NCBI GenBank assembly: GCA_002811645.1
Contig: PDIP01000057.1
Location: forward strand, 115,802-179,801
Reading direction: 5' to 3'
Length of the DNA stretch: 64,000 bases
Origin: Corallochytrium limacisporum Hawaii
Lineage: Eukaryota; Protista; Pluriformea
The notes under the pieces are model-generated. The model did no database searches and had not been told where the DNA came from. It worked only from the letters and a program-made list of their open reading frames with translations. The first letter of the stretch is position 1; every line of letters starts with the position of its first letter. This document shows positions 48,847 to 60,005 of this stretch, piece after piece. The translations under genes were made by a program, and so were the position numbers.

Positions 48847-50496
48847 ATGTCTATCCTGCCGCAGCCTTCCCACAGGGGAGTGTTCAGGGACTTTTCCCAG
48901 CTGCACCTACAGAAGAACGTTCGAACGGCCTTTAGCGTACCGGAGGGTCAGTATGAACTCGATGAAAGTGCGTGCTACTCTCATCCTAGCGGAAAGATGT
49001 TCTTCTGTTCGCAACTCTTACCAGTAACGGCTGAGGTACTTAGCACGAATGCTGAAGATCTACAGATCCCCAGTGCAGAAGAGAGCCTGGCCCGGAGGCA
49101 TGTCTCACAACTTCCAGTGCTGGACAGCGAAGATAGTGGAAAGAAGAAGAGCCGAGGGCGCAAGCTACTAATGTCGCGCAAAGACTCCAAAACCTCCAAG
49201 GTCGTAAAAACATCGGAGCCGAAGAGCAAGGTGGCCGCACTTTTGCTGGATGGCATGCGAGTAATCTGGTTTGGGGTCTTTTGTACTCTATACTACTACC
49301 CATTCCCGAATGCAGAGGGTCAGCCCATGGAACTGCTGGACGACCTCGGTCTCCGGAACGCGGTGACGGCTTTGAAGAGCCAGCTAGTTCCTGCGTCCGA
49401 AGGGGAGGAGCCTTCGGCTCTCAAGGTCCATACTGCAGTGGGATTTTCAGGCGGAGAGGTTCTGTACCGGGATCTGATCAGTCGCAAGGCCATGTGGTTT
49501 AACCAAGAAGGTGTCGGTGCAAAGGCCCCTGTAAACTCAATGGCGTGGTCTCCGGATCGCTCAGGAACATTGCTGTGTGGACATAGCGGGGGACAGATTT
49601 TTGTTTATTCTCTCAACCGCGGAGATGTGGACACAAAATTTATGCAGAACGCTAAAGGACATATCAACTCAGAGAATCCAAAGCACATGCCACCGGCTTT
49701 GTGGATCAAGAACAAGAGTTCCAAGAGCAACCCGATAGGTGTCTGGCGGGTCGGACGGGGTAATGTGCATTGTATGGAATTCAGTCCCAATGGCAGGTGG
49801 CTGGCCATCGGCAGCGCGGACGGGTGGTTGCGAGTGTTTGATTGGCCGTCTCAGAACATCTACTTTGCAGCAAAGAGTTACTTTGGAGCGGTGTACTGCG
49901 TGTCCTGGAGTCCCGACAATATTTATCTCGCAGTGGGCGGTGAAGACGACGTGGTCACCGTATACGACTTTGAGGACAGGCAGCTGATTGCCCGGGGTCT
50001 GGGACACGATAACTGGATTAGTGGTGTCAAGTTTGACCCGTGGTTATGCGACGACACGACGTACCGGATTGCGAGTGTCGGCTTCGACTGTAAGCTCGTC
50101 TTGTGGGACTTTTCTTTAGAGACTCTGAGCCGTCCCAAGCATCAGGCAGCCAATGGACAGGGCAGCATTTCTGCGACGAAGAGCTCTCAGAGCATCACGG
50201 CTATGATAAAGAGCAAGCGCCACAGCCACAACCCAATCACTGGAAAACCGTCAATTACTGACATAGACGCCCGGAAGAGCGACAGCAAGAACCAGCCTCT
50301 CCATCCCACTGGACCGGACGTGGTTGAGCTTCTATATCCCAAGCGCCGCGAGGTCGCCATCATGGCTTCCGTAATGGAACACAAAATCCACCACGAGCCG
50401 CTAACGGACCTGAATTACACTCGTGAAGGTCTGATGACAGTTGATTGCGCGGGTGTGGTCAAGTTTTGGACTCGACCAGCATCCGGAAGCGAGTAA
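48847..50496 (+). CDS. WDR20: WDR20/DMWD (CreC-like) WD40 protein, USP12/46 cofactor
   Basis: Motifs F..PEGQYEL, KSYFGAVYCVSWSPD..LAVGGEDDVVTVY, IARGLGHDNWISGVKFDPW and YRIASVGFDCKLVLWDF. An alternative upstream ATG is at 48760. Confidence 0.88.
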   Translation: MSILPQPSHRGVFRDFSQLHLQKNVRTAFSVPEGQYELDESACYSHPSGKMFFCSQLLPVTAEVLSTNAEDLQIPSAEESLARRHVSQLPVLDSEDSGKKKSRGRKLLMSRKDSKTSKVVKTSEPKSKVAALLLDGMRVIWFGVFCTLYYYPFPNAEGQPMELLDDLGLRNAVTALKSQLVPASEGEEPSALKVHTAVGFSGGEVLYRDLISRKAMWFNQEGVGAKAPVNSMAWSPDRSGTLLCGHSGGQIFVYSLNRGDVDTKFMQNAKGHINSENPKHMPPALWIKNKSSKSNPIGVWRVGRGNVHCMEFSPNGRWLAIGSADGWLRVFDWPSQNIYFAAKSYFGAVYCVSWSPDNIYLAVGGEDDVVTVYDFEDRQLIARGLGHDNWISGVKFDPWLCDDTTYRIASVGFDCKLVLWDFSLETLSRPKHQAANGQGSISATKSSQSITAMIKSKRHSHNPITGKPSITDIDARKSDSKNQPLHPTGPDVVELLYPKRREVAIMASVMEHKIHHEPLTDLNYTREGLMTVDCAGVVKFWTRPASGSE

Positions 50497-50659
50497 ACCT
50501 CAACGCATCGAAAAACTTCATTACACGTGCCACTTGAGTATGTTTCACTACATGCATGAATGATTATGCTATATTTCTTAAGGGATTCTTGGGTTTGGCT
50601 TTGGCTTTTTCGATTCTGGGATGGCATATAAGAGTAAGAGGGCTGAGCCATTATGCTCT

Positions 50660-52102
50660 TTACACGTTGAGGTCCGCCCTGCCCTCAAGTTGATCCTTGT
50701 AGGCGGCACAGATGGGGTTGACCTCCTCGCGGATGAAGCGCTCGCATTGTTGAGGTGCACGGCCAGTAAAGGTGGCAGGGTCCAACAACTCGTCCAGTTT
50801 GGAATGAATTGGCCAGAAGTAGTCAGAGTTCTTGACGCGGTCGATGAGGTCATTGTCTTTACCCTCCTGCTTTACTTGAGCGGCAGCTTGCTGACTGAGA
50901 ACACGGATATGTTCGTGGCAAACCTGACGATCACCGCCTTCCTTTACCATAGCCATAATGATGTTTTCAGTGGCCATAAAAGGCAGCTCAGACATGATGC
51001 GCTTCTGGATGACCTTAGGGTAGACGACGATGCCTTCAGTCACGTTCTGCAGAATGTTTAGCACAATATCGGCAGTCAGGAAGGCCTCGCCCAGTGTAAT
51101 ACGACGGTTTGCAGAGTCGTCAAGCGTACGCTCCAGCCACTGCACTGAAATAGTCTGGTATCCGTTCATTGCCAGTGTCATTAAGTGACGGCTCAGACTG
51201 CAGGCACGCTCGGAGCGCATGGGATTCCGCTTGTAAGCCATGGCACTACTACCGATCTGGTCCTTCTCGAAGGGCTCCTCGATCTCTTTCAGGTTGGCCA
51301 GTAGACGAATGTCAGTGGCAATCTTGTGGCAGCTGCCACCGAGAGAGGCCAGAGCACTCAGCACATCGGCATCGACCTTGCGGCTATAAGTTTGTCCCGT
51401 GACAATGTAGGCCTTCTTGAATCCCGCAGCCTCAGTAACCATGCGATCCAGCTCCTCCACCTTGTCATGATCTCCATCGAAAAGAGACAAGAAACTTGCC
51501 TGCGTCCCTGTGGTACCCTTGACACCGCGGAATCGAAGATCATCGCGTGCTCTCTCAATGTTGCGCATGTCCATGACGAGGTCCTGCAGCCACAGGCACG
51601 CACGTTTGCCTACGGTAGTCAGCTGGGCCGGCTGGTAGTGAGTGAAACCGAGAGTCGGCTGGTCCTTCCATTCCATGGCGAACTTGGACAGACGGCTAAT
51701 GACACGTGCCAACTTCACCCGGAGAATGTCCAGACCATCACGGAGGACAATAAGATCAGTGTTGTCACCGACATAGCAAGAAGTAGCACCCAAGTGAATG
51801 ATGGGGGCTGCCTTGGGGCAGCGGACACCGAAAGTGTGGACGTGTGCCATGACGTCGTGTCGGCGGATCTTCTCCTCCTCAGCTGCCAGCGTGTAATCAA
51901 TGTCTTCAATGTTGTCTTTCATTTCCTGAATCTGCTCCTGTTTGATATCAATTCCCAGTTTCTGCTCGGCCTCAGCCAAGTGGACCCACAATTTGCGCCA
52001 AGTGGTGAATTTTTTGTGGGGGCTGAAGTTGAAGGACATCTCCTTCGATGCGTACCGTGAGACCAGAGGGCTCTGGTACTTCAGAGTGTCCTCGTTCGCC
52101 AT
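50660..52102 (-). CDS. ADSL: Adenylosuccinate lyase
   Basis: Motifs [39 protein letters not shown] and the signature [15 protein letters not shown]. Confidence 0.97.
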   Translation of the reverse strand: MANEDTLKYQSPLVSRYASKEMSFNFSPHKKFTTWRKLWVHLAEAEQKLGIDIKQEQIQEMKDNIEDIDYTLAAEEEKIRRHDVMAHVHTFGVRCPKAAPIIHLGATSCYVGDNTDLIVLRDGLDILRVKLARVISRLSKFAMEWKDQPTLGFTHYQPAQLTTVGKRACLWLQDLVMDMRNIERARDDLRFRGVKGTTGTQASFLSLFDGDHDKVEELDRMVTEAAGFKKAYIVTGQTYSRKVDADVLSALASLGGSCHKIATDIRLLANLKEIEEPFEKDQIGSSAMAYKRNPMRSERACSLSRHLMTLAMNGYQTISVQWLERTLDDSANRRITLGEAFLTADIVLNILQNVTEGIVVYPKVIQKRIMSELPFMATENIIMAMVKEGGDRQVCHEHIRVLSQQAAAQVKQEGKDNDLIDRVKNSDYFWPIHSKLDELLDPATFTGRAPQQCERFIREEVNPICAAYKDQLEGRADLNV

Positions 52103-53091
52103 CGTATTTGTCTTTGAACTCAAAACTTTACAGGTCCGTGTAGGATCCCAGTCCCATAGACTCACATGGATATTCTGAGTTAGAGAATGCGAAGTACCTC
52201 ACTCGCACATTCACATGGACAGGACGATCAATCCTATGAGAGCCATTGCACGGCTGACAGCAGCGCAGGACTGTCCCGTAGACATTACGCACTCCCTCGG
52301 AACAAGTGCAATATAGACACTGGGCTCATAAAGTTCCGCAGGGACACGCCTCCTGTGTGACCAAGTGACTTGCTTGGATTTTCGACTCTGTGTCTGCGAA
52401 CGGGTGTGCTGTGTGTACTTGGTGGGTTCGTACCCGTTGAGGGCAGGGAGCCTCCCGATGGAACAGCAAGCGCAGGTGGGACCGGTTTGGCGGGCACGCG
52501 TGTCTCCCCTCGTCCCGTACGGCCCACCGCCCTGCTGTGGCCCTGCCAGCCCTTTTGACAAGAGACAAGGGCCAGTGTTCCCATAGTAAATGTACCAGCC
52601 GCCCGTGCCTTAATGGGTGTTTCCATTGTGAACGGACACCTCTGCAAATTATCTCAGGCGGTCATTTCTATACTTAATATATGGCTGTCTCACAGCTGTG
52701 GAGAGCAATAACAAACACGGATAATCTTCCGGGAAGCGCCGGGACCAGACCCCGCTCTCTGCCAACGGAAACGATTTGCGGGCCGTTGCGGAGAAATATT
52801 GATTAGTTGTGATCGGAGACGGCGATTCGGCGAAAGGGAGACGCGGAGTTGGGTTGTTCAAGGAGGAGTTTTAAGCGATCAGTACTTTCGGTAAGGGGAG
52901 GGAGCCAGTCTGGGTCCGAACGGCCCTGAGTGTTGCGTGCAAAGTCCACAACGAAGTTGACGCGCCTACAACCGATTACAATTTGCCAAGTCATGTGACG
53001 CGATGAACACAAAAGGTATTGAAACCATTTCTGTGCCTTACCACGGAATTGTTTAGAAAGATCTTCGCTTTGCGTATGAAGAAATTAAAGA

Positions 53092-53520
53092 ATGTTGAAG
53101 GTCAAAGTAGGTGCAGAAGCCACAAACGCACACCACACAATGGACGGTGACAATATGGCAGGGCTGGCGGCCCTGAATTTCGGCACACCCGATTTTATGA
53201 ATCCTTTTGAAACTCTGACTGGATCAGCATTAAATGAAGAGGCAATTTGGTACTTTTTCTTATATTTGCACCCGAGTGAGGATGTACGTCAGGGCGCATT
53301 TGCGGCATTGCGGAGATATAAGGGAATCAAACTGCTCAAGTCTGCATACGATATCATGACAGGTGAGGCACAAATGAAGGCTCTGCGGGCACGGATGATC
53401 CTTAATATTGCGGCGTACATAAACCAAAATCCGAATTTGACACCAGCACAGACACGGAGGTTTGTCCAGGATGAACTCATCAATTTCATTCGGTCAGCCA
53501 AGTATGTATTGGGAGAGTAA
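53092..53520 (+). CDS. Hypothetical small helical protein (142 aa)
   Basis: ATG-initiated ORF of globular composition, followed by an AT-rich 3' region. An alternative start is ATG 53140. Confidence 0.6.
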   Translation: MLKVKVGAEATNAHHTMDGDNMAGLAALNFGTPDFMNPFETLTGSALNEEAIWYFFLYLHPSEDVRQGAFAALRRYKGIKLLKSAYDIMTGEAQMKALRARMILNIAAYINQNPNLTPAQTRRFVQDELINFIRSAKYVLGE

Positions 53521-53707
53521 GCTGGGGTTCTAGAGTTATATAAAGTAAAGTAGATTCGCAAGTATAGTTAGTTGAGCATTGGGTTAGTAGTATGATGATA
53601 TGGAGTATGATTATGTATTACGATGACATTTGTTTACGATGATGGAAAGAATACTACGTATGTCTGTTCTGAAGGTGATGCCTCCCCTTGAAGTGTCCTT
53701 GGAAGGT

Positions 53708-55438
53708 TCAGCTCCATTTCGGTGTGGCGGAGAGGACCATGTCCTTGCCATACTGGGTGTACTGCGGATCCTCCAGCTGAGGTAATTCGACCTTGGCAGC
53801 CTCGCGGCCGAGGGCGTTGAAGCCGTTGAGGAACTTAGGGGAGATGGTCACCACGAGTTGGTCCACGAGACGAGAAGAGAGGAAGGCCTGAATGATGGAT
53901 GCGCCCCCTTCGACCATAAGAGACTCGTAGCCCATTTTTCCGAGATTGTCCAGGACGTGCTCAAGGTCGACCTGACCACCAGTGTTGACCGGGGTCTTGA
54001 CTACCTTGGCACCCAGGTTCTCAAGCTCAGCAACCTTGTCCTTGTTGACCATCGTACCGCACATGATGATAGGCTTGATGTCGTTCTTGAGCAAGCGGCG
54101 GTCGAGGGGAAATCGCAGATGAGTATCCAGCACAACAGGCTGCGGATTTGGTCCTTCAACCAAGCGCACGGTCAGACGCGGGTCATCGGCTACAACGGTG
54201 CCAATACCGACAAGGATGGCAGAGTGGCGAGCCCGAAGACGGTGGGTCATTTCCATACTTTCCTCGCCACTGATTGCCACCTGCTTACGTCCCCGATCAG
54301 CGATACTGCCGTCCAAAGTTTGTGCAAAGGTAAGTGTAACATATGGTCTGGCTGCAGCAGTGCTTTCGCTTACACGGCGCCTATTGAGCTTGCGCAGAGT
54401 GCTAATGGATGGAGAGGGAGCCCGCTGAAGGCTGCGACCGCTACTACGCCGGACCTGACGTTCCTTGGCAATGGCCTTCATGTCCACGGGACCCTTTTCA
54501 TCCGAGTCACTATCCCCACTCCGCTCACTGAAGCTGCTCTCGTCTTCGGTCTGGCCCGTAGTTTCCCGCATATCAATGCGAATGCCCGCTTCCCTATCCT
54601 CCAGGCGAATCCGCTGCTTACCGTCGGAGCGCATGGTCTTGCGCATAGTTATACCGTTGACCGTAGCCTGAGAAGGTCCAGACTCGTCTGTCTTGAGCTC
54701 ATCCAGCTGCTGCGCCAGAATGTTGAGGTTGAGCATATGGTCCATGCGCTTGACCTTGGTGGCGAGGTAGCTAAGATTGTGCTCGCTGCGCAGGGCCGGA
54801 TGCATGGGCATGCGGTCAGCTATATTGATGCCATATTGCTGGAGATCTTCAATTTTCCGAGGGTTGTTAGTGAGGAGTTGCACTGACTTCACTCCTAAGT
54901 CCTTCAGCATGTCGGCAGCAATACGGTAGTCGCGTTCATCGGCGCCATGGCCCAGCATCAGATTTGCCTCGACTGTGTCATACCCCTGATCCTGCAATCT
55001 ATACGCTTTAAGTTTCTCTTTGAGTCCGATGCCACGACCTTCCTGACGAAGGTAAAGGATGATACCCCGACCCTGCTCAGCGACGAAATCCATGGCTGTC
55101 CGCAACTGTTCCCCACAATCGCATCGCAACGATCCCATGATGTCGCCGGTAAAGCACTCGGAGTGCACTCGCACCGGAAGCTTTTCCGCATTCTTAGGAT
55201 CCCCGACAACAAAGGCCAAATGTTCCTTCCCGTCGTACTGGCTGTCATAAATATGGAGATCGAACGGACCAATTGATGTGGGAATGGTAGCAGAAATCGC
55301 TGAGAGCTCGGGTTCGTTCTTCAAAACCTCTTTCAATTTGTCATGGGCCACTTGCGCCTGTTTACCATGTTGCTCAACATCGGTCCCAGAGTCCCGTGTC
55401 ATGTTGAAACTGTCGCTTGCTTCGCCTTCAACGTACAT
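53708..55438 (-). CDS. Bifunctional riboflavin enzyme: GTP cyclohydrolase II (RibA) fused to RibD-C/Rib7-type pyrimidine reductase
   Basis: RibA motifs VRVHSECFTGD..SLRCDCGEQL, QEGRGIGL and LLTNNPRK. Reductase motifs PYVTLTFAQTLDGSIA, ILVGIGTVVADDPRLT and LMVEGGA. Confidence 0.92.
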   Translation of the reverse strand: MYVEGEASDSFNMTRDSGTDVEQHGKQAQVAHDKLKEVLKNEPELSAISATIPTSIGPFDLHIYDSQYDGKEHLAFVVGDPKNAEKLPVRVHSECFTGDIMGSLRCDCGEQLRTAMDFVAEQGRGIILYLRQEGRGIGLKEKLKAYRLQDQGYDTVEANLMLGHGADERDYRIAADMLKDLGVKSVQLLTNNPRKIEDLQQYGINIADRMPMHPALRSEHNLSYLATKVKRMDHMLNLNILAQQLDELKTDESGPSQATVNGITMRKTMRSDGKQRIRLEDREAGIRIDMRETTGQTEDESSFSERSGDSDSDEKGPVDMKAIAKERQVRRSSGRSLQRAPSPSISTLRKLNRRRVSESTAAARPYVTLTFAQTLDGSIADRGRKQVAISGEESMEMTHRLRARHSAILVGIGTVVADDPRLTVRLVEGPNPQPVVLDTHLRFPLDRRLLKNDIKPIIMCGTMVNKDKVAELENLGAKVVKTPVNTGGQVDLEHVLDNLGKMGYESLMVEGGASIIQAFLSSRLVDQLVVTISPKFLNGFNALGREAAKVELPQLEDPQYTQYGKDMVLSATPKWS

Positions 55439-55624
55439 TTGTGTCTAGAAAGTACCTATCGCTCAGTAGCTGAGCACTATACTATGCAGTTCGAAAACCT
55501 TGTCCCTATCCGCTAAACAACACACGTGTGGTCCTCACTTTGTCGTCGTAGTACAAATCACCAGTCGCTTTGTGAACCTTGTTCTCTCACTCGCAGCAAG
55601 TTGGCTTATACTCGACGCTGCTAA

Positions 55625-55635
55625 TTATATATAAA
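55625..55635 (-). promoter_or_regulatory. Candidate TATA box of the RibA-reductase gene
   Basis: The minus strand reads TTTATATATAA about 190 bp upstream of the ATG. Confidence 0.35.
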
Positions 55636-57018
55636 TTCTGTTCATGAATGTTGCAACAGGCTCTTGGTATTCCCCTTCACGTACCTCTCCGGCATGTACC
55701 CAACTTAGGATTCGATGCGGCTCACGGAAACTTGAACCCTGAGCGCGGTGCCGTCTTCAAATGTTTATGCCATCTAAAATGATCCAACAATCCGCTGACA
55801 AGGCACACTCGAACCTCGGTTCGCTGGCGGCTTCTGAGCCTTCGAAGTCTCTCCGTTGGTGCGGCGGCCAACACTTCCAGAACTCAACCTGCACGGCCCC
55901 AGCCCTAGGCTGACCAGCCAGTCCATAGGTCTCGTGTGTGAGTCGTGTTTATTTTTGGACTTCGGTGGATGGGAGGGCTTGAGTTTATAGTTCCTTCCGG
56001 TTTGTCCCAGAATCTTTGCTTCGGACATGGGTATTATATTAAACGATTACGACTGCACTCTTTGGCACCTTACTTAACCTACCACAAAGTGCAACACGAG
56101 GAAAAAAATCAAAGTTCTCCCCCCCCTTCACTCCTCTCATCTTCCTCAGTTTAGCTCCTGGTGCAAAATACTACAAGAAAAAGTGTTTACGCAGAGAACT
56201 GATCACGGCTGGGCAATAGCCGTGGGTCGTGTGCCTCGTCCTCTAACACTCTTCTCCGTATTTTCGTTGGCACTTTCCACTGCAGAACACGCCGACCGTA
56301 CCCTTCAGCCCGCTGCGATCTCCCCTACTTTCAATACCACAGCGTGATCTACCGGCCACCGAATGCCGCGAAACGGGGAGTACCTGGGGGCCCTGCTTGG
56401 CTGCCGGTGGGGTCTATTTTTACTCTCCAGGAGCTCGTTCCCTGCTGAATGTACCGAAGCGTCCGCCGGAAGAGGGGAAGGGGGTGGGGGGAAAGAAGAT
56501 CAGGGCCGTGGCCTGCGGTCTGCAGAAGAAGAAGAAAAAAAGCGGGTTCTACCCCCCCCCCTTTCAGCCCCCGGTGATTCCGACGGCTTTTTCTGCCGGA
56601 CCCTACAGACAGGGATTTTTTCTACTCGTTCTCCGCAGCGGGCAAATATGCAAGAGCACAGCAAAGAAATCAGCGGTCGCGAGGGGGTTTTCTTTGACCG
56701 TCGAAGTGTACATACTTCCAAGGAGAAAGAATATCATTCCATTGCTCACGCCGCCAAGTCTCTCTCCGTCTGGTGCGTAGCAGTATATAGACCGGGGAAA
56801 AAGGTTTTTAATAGGTCTCGATGCCGTCGCTTGTGCGTAAAGAGGTGTCAGCGTGGCCATTCTCCTTTGGGCGGGGGGGTGACACATGACCAGCTCTGCT
56901 GCGGTGGGGTACCCCTTCCCCGCGGGTTCGGGTGTGACGGATGGGAGCATCTCCACGGAGCTGGCTCAAGAGTTTGAGTGTGGGACCACGGAAGTTTCTG
57001 TCCGCCTTGCTCTATATA

Positions 57019-57020
<2 letters not shown>

Positions 57021-57058
<38 letters not shown>
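57021..57058. repeat. (TC)n microsatellite
   Basis: Directly visible in the sequence. Confidence 0.95.
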
Positions 57059-57068
<10 letters not shown>

Positions 57069-58500
57069 CTCTTCCCCGGTTTGTGCTTCCGCTTGCGCTC
57101 CTTTGGTCGCCGTGCTCTCTACCTGTCCTTTGTGCTGTAGCCAATCCAAAAGGTTTTCTCACCTATTTTTTTCTGACGGAGTCGCAAAGCCTGCCACACC
57201 GCCACCCGTCCTCGGGTCATGAGACGGTAAGGCCATCCCTCTGTTCGGCCGGGCAAAGCTCATACATCAGCAGTTTCCTTCGCCGGCGAAGCAGAAGGAA
57301 AAGCTCCGGGGGTGCCCGTGAGGGCCAAAAAGCCAACCGCCAGCGCCAGCGCCAGCGTCACTGCCCCTCCGTCTCTTTTGCTCTCGCACGGTACTGTTAC
57401 CAAAAGATCCGATTCAAGCTTGGGAGTCCTTTTAAACGCAGAAGGTGTGTTGGCTGCTGACCCCTCGCTCCTCTCTCTGTGTCCACGTAGGGGCCATGGC
57501 CAGGAGGGGACGTGTCAAAAGGAACCAAGAATGCAAGAGTGGGTCGAGAATGCATGTATCGCTCCGCAGTAAAATTATTATGGAGGAACTGATCAGGCTT
57601 GAGCAGTTATCCATACATGCACAGGTAGGCAATGCACAAATAGTTGAACCACCGCTACCTAACCACACAGCACACCAGATTTCTATAGAAAATGTACCGG
57701 CCGCGACTCCGAAAATACTGGAAAACTCTTTGTGAGAATGAAAGGAAACTTTCTGCAAAGGCGGTACCAAATGTACGAGGGCGAGGCAGCCAAATGAGAA
57801 CCTTGCTAAAGATTGGTGCCCTGTTGCAGGGTTTGGTTTCCTCACCTTCTCGAATTTCTATCCATTTAGTAAATCTCGAGATATCAGGTGGAAAGCGAAG
57901 AATTTCTAGCAAAAGGGAAACAGGAGCGGGAGTTTGGGCGGAAGTGAAGTAACCCAGGAAAAACGCAGTCCTTGATGCAATCTTTCTGCGTACCAAACTG
58001 TTGCGTTTTACTGTAGATTAAGGTAAGGTGCGCTCAAGTGGCAAGGTCTTGGGCCCCAACCGGGGGAGTCGAATTCCCTTGAACTAACTCCGACAGAGTG
58101 GGGCGGCCTAGAGACGCCTACGATCGGTATCGTAGGGAGAGCTTGCTGTGCTCCTGCACCGGACCCTGACTATTGCTCTACTCTTCATTGGTCACGGCAT
58201 GCATGACCTTTAGCAGCAAGGAGGCCTTCGGCTATAGATCTGCTCTGGATGTCTCAAGATGCAGCCGAAATAGATGTATTCGAGACGACTGAGTCGGGCA
58301 CAAGAATACGATGCTCCCTGCTACTGACGGCCGACGAGGAGCACACAAGATGATAGTGAGCAATAGAACAGAGCGAGCAGCAAGAAAACACAGCAAGATT
58401 TAAATTGATCGAGCATCTCCGAGTGATCTGGTCAGAGATGTGTTCAGCATTCCAATTCCAGTTCTGTCATGGATGGGATTAGTGCGCTTCGCTATTTACT
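57050..58500 (+). ncRNA. Putative spliced long non-coding transcript (boundaries approximate)
   Basis: TATATA and (TC)n at 57013-57058. Intron-like 57227-57490 (GTAAGG..GCTGAC..polypyrimidine..TAG) and 58023-58096 (GTAAGG..AACTAAC..CAG). No long ORF. Confidence 0.35.
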
Positions 58501-58553
58501 CGATTGATCAGTATGTCCTAAAGATGTACGGATTTGCTCGACAATGAGTGGGA

Positions 58554-60005
58554 CTATTCGATAAGTTCCAATGGCCGGCCGTTGGGTCCGATAATGGTTG
58601 GTCCGCTGTCTTCAAGGTTATTGCCTCTAGGCATGGCAGAGGACTGGCGGTTCGGAAGTGAGTTCAACACCACGGCCTTCATGCCATCCCAGATCTTCGC
58701 CAGCAACCGGGCTTTCAATTCCCCTGTCTGTTCAGGCTTGCGACAATCAAGGAGGAGGCAATCATCTGTGGTGAGATTCATGTCGGGATAGTCCTCCGTG
58801 AGTTCATTTAAGGTGTTCTTGATGTCGCGGTAGAAGGGCAATACGTCAGCGCGGTCTCCACGACTGACAACCAGGATACTTGGACGCTTGATAACCACAC
58901 TGCCACACGCTTTAAGTTCTTGCAGGAGTAGGCGTAAGATCTCTGGACCAGTTCTCCGAGGGCTGTCCTCCTTGAGTTGGAAGCCAAACGGATCCACCAC
59001 GAGGAGATTCATCTTTGTGCGCTCTACATGTTTAAGGAATGTATGGCCCCTGCCCCGGTTCTCCGAAGCGCCCTCAATAAGACCGGGAATGTCCGCCAAT
59101 GTAATGCTTACTCCTCCGTGCTTGTTCGCCTTCAATCCAAAGTTGTACTGCCGTGGTAGCCCAAGGTAGTCACACAGATCCGGATCGAAATCGATGTGAG
59201 CCACTTGGGGTCGCAGAGTGGTGAATGGGTAGTTTGCCACATGTGCTCGTGCACGAGTCAAACTGTTCAAGAGGCTGGACTTGCCGGCATTGGGGAACCC
59301 GATCAGGCCTACATCTGCAATTGCCTTCAGCTCCAATTGGAAGTGTTTGCCTTTCGGTTTCTTGGCATGCATTTGGCCAGGCATGGGCAGGCCACCACTG
59401 CCACCTTCTGCGAGGACGAAATGGTCTCCCTCTTTGTCGAGATCCGCCAGGATGCGTCCGCCCTTGATGTACTCGTTCCCACTCTGCCCTTGGCCCGCTT
59501 CATTATCAGTATCGAAAATTGATTTCGCAAGAGTTCGTAACATGGGTGTCCGCACGACGGTCCCTAACGGTACATTGACGTATCGATTCTTCCCATTTGT
59601 TCCCTTGAGCTTCTTTGGATGTCCGTTACTACCATGGTCAGCCTTCGCACTCGGCGGAACCTCTGCCAGGGAGCAATTCTCAGCAGCGATCAGTATCACA
59701 TTTCCTCCATGTCCGCCAGCGGATGGTGGATTAAGTGAGGCAAAGCCTCCGGTGCCACCCTGTGCATAAATGAATCGTCGGTCCACGAACCGCCGACTGG
59801 CTCTTTTCCGTCGCTGTGACAGTTTGTTTCCGTATTTCTTGTCATACTCCAGGTCCTCCGGAGTCACCAATGCTCCGTGAGGAATGGTCAAATCCGATGG
59901 GCTAGTTTTGGAACTGTACCATTTCCCTGATAGCAATCCAGCCGGACGGCAATGCGCGACACTGCACCCCCAATGTGGAAGTCGTCTTGTCGTCACTGAC
60001 ATCAT
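58554..60005 (-). CDS. GTPBP10: Mitochondrial Obg-family GTPase, GTPBP10-like
   Basis: Gly-rich Obg fold, G1 ADVGLIGFPNAGKSSLL, YPFTTL, G3 ADIPGLIEGA, the GTPBP10-type VVD..GFQL motif and an N-terminal presequence. Confidence 0.85.
   Translation of the reverse strand: MMSVTTRRLPHWGCSVAHCRPAGLLSGKWYSSKTSPSDLTIPHGALVTPEDLEYDKKYGNKLSQRRKRASRRFVDRRFIYAQGGTGGFASLNPPSAGGHGGNVILIAAENCSLAEVPPSAKADHGSNGHPKKLKGTNGKNRYVNVPLGTVVRTPMLRTLAKSIFDTDNEAGQGQSGNEYIKGGRILADLDKEGDHFVLAEGGSGGLPMPGQMHAKKPKGKHFQLELKAIADVGLIGFPNAGKSSLLNSLTRARAHVANYPFTTLRPQVAHIDFDPDLCDYLGLPRQYNFGLKANKHGGVSITLADIPGLIEGASENRGRGHTFLKHVERTKMNLLVVDPFGFQLKEDSPRRTGPEILRLLLQELKACGSVVIKRPSILVVSRGDRADVLPFYRDIKNTLNELTEDYPDMNLTTDDCLLLDCRKPEQTGELKARLLAKIWDGMKAVVLNSLPNRQSSAMPRGNNLEDSGPTIIGPNGRPLELIE

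Noticed and set aside
55439-56300. FMN riboswitch upstream of the riboflavin gene
   Set aside because: No RFN consensus on the sense strand. The GGATGGGAG-like word at about 55967 is isolated and on the wrong strand.
57305-57335. TPP riboswitch-like GGGGTGCCC..GGGC in putative intron
   Set aside because: It lacks the CTGAGA and the downstream CCTGA/TAAT..GCG conserved elements.
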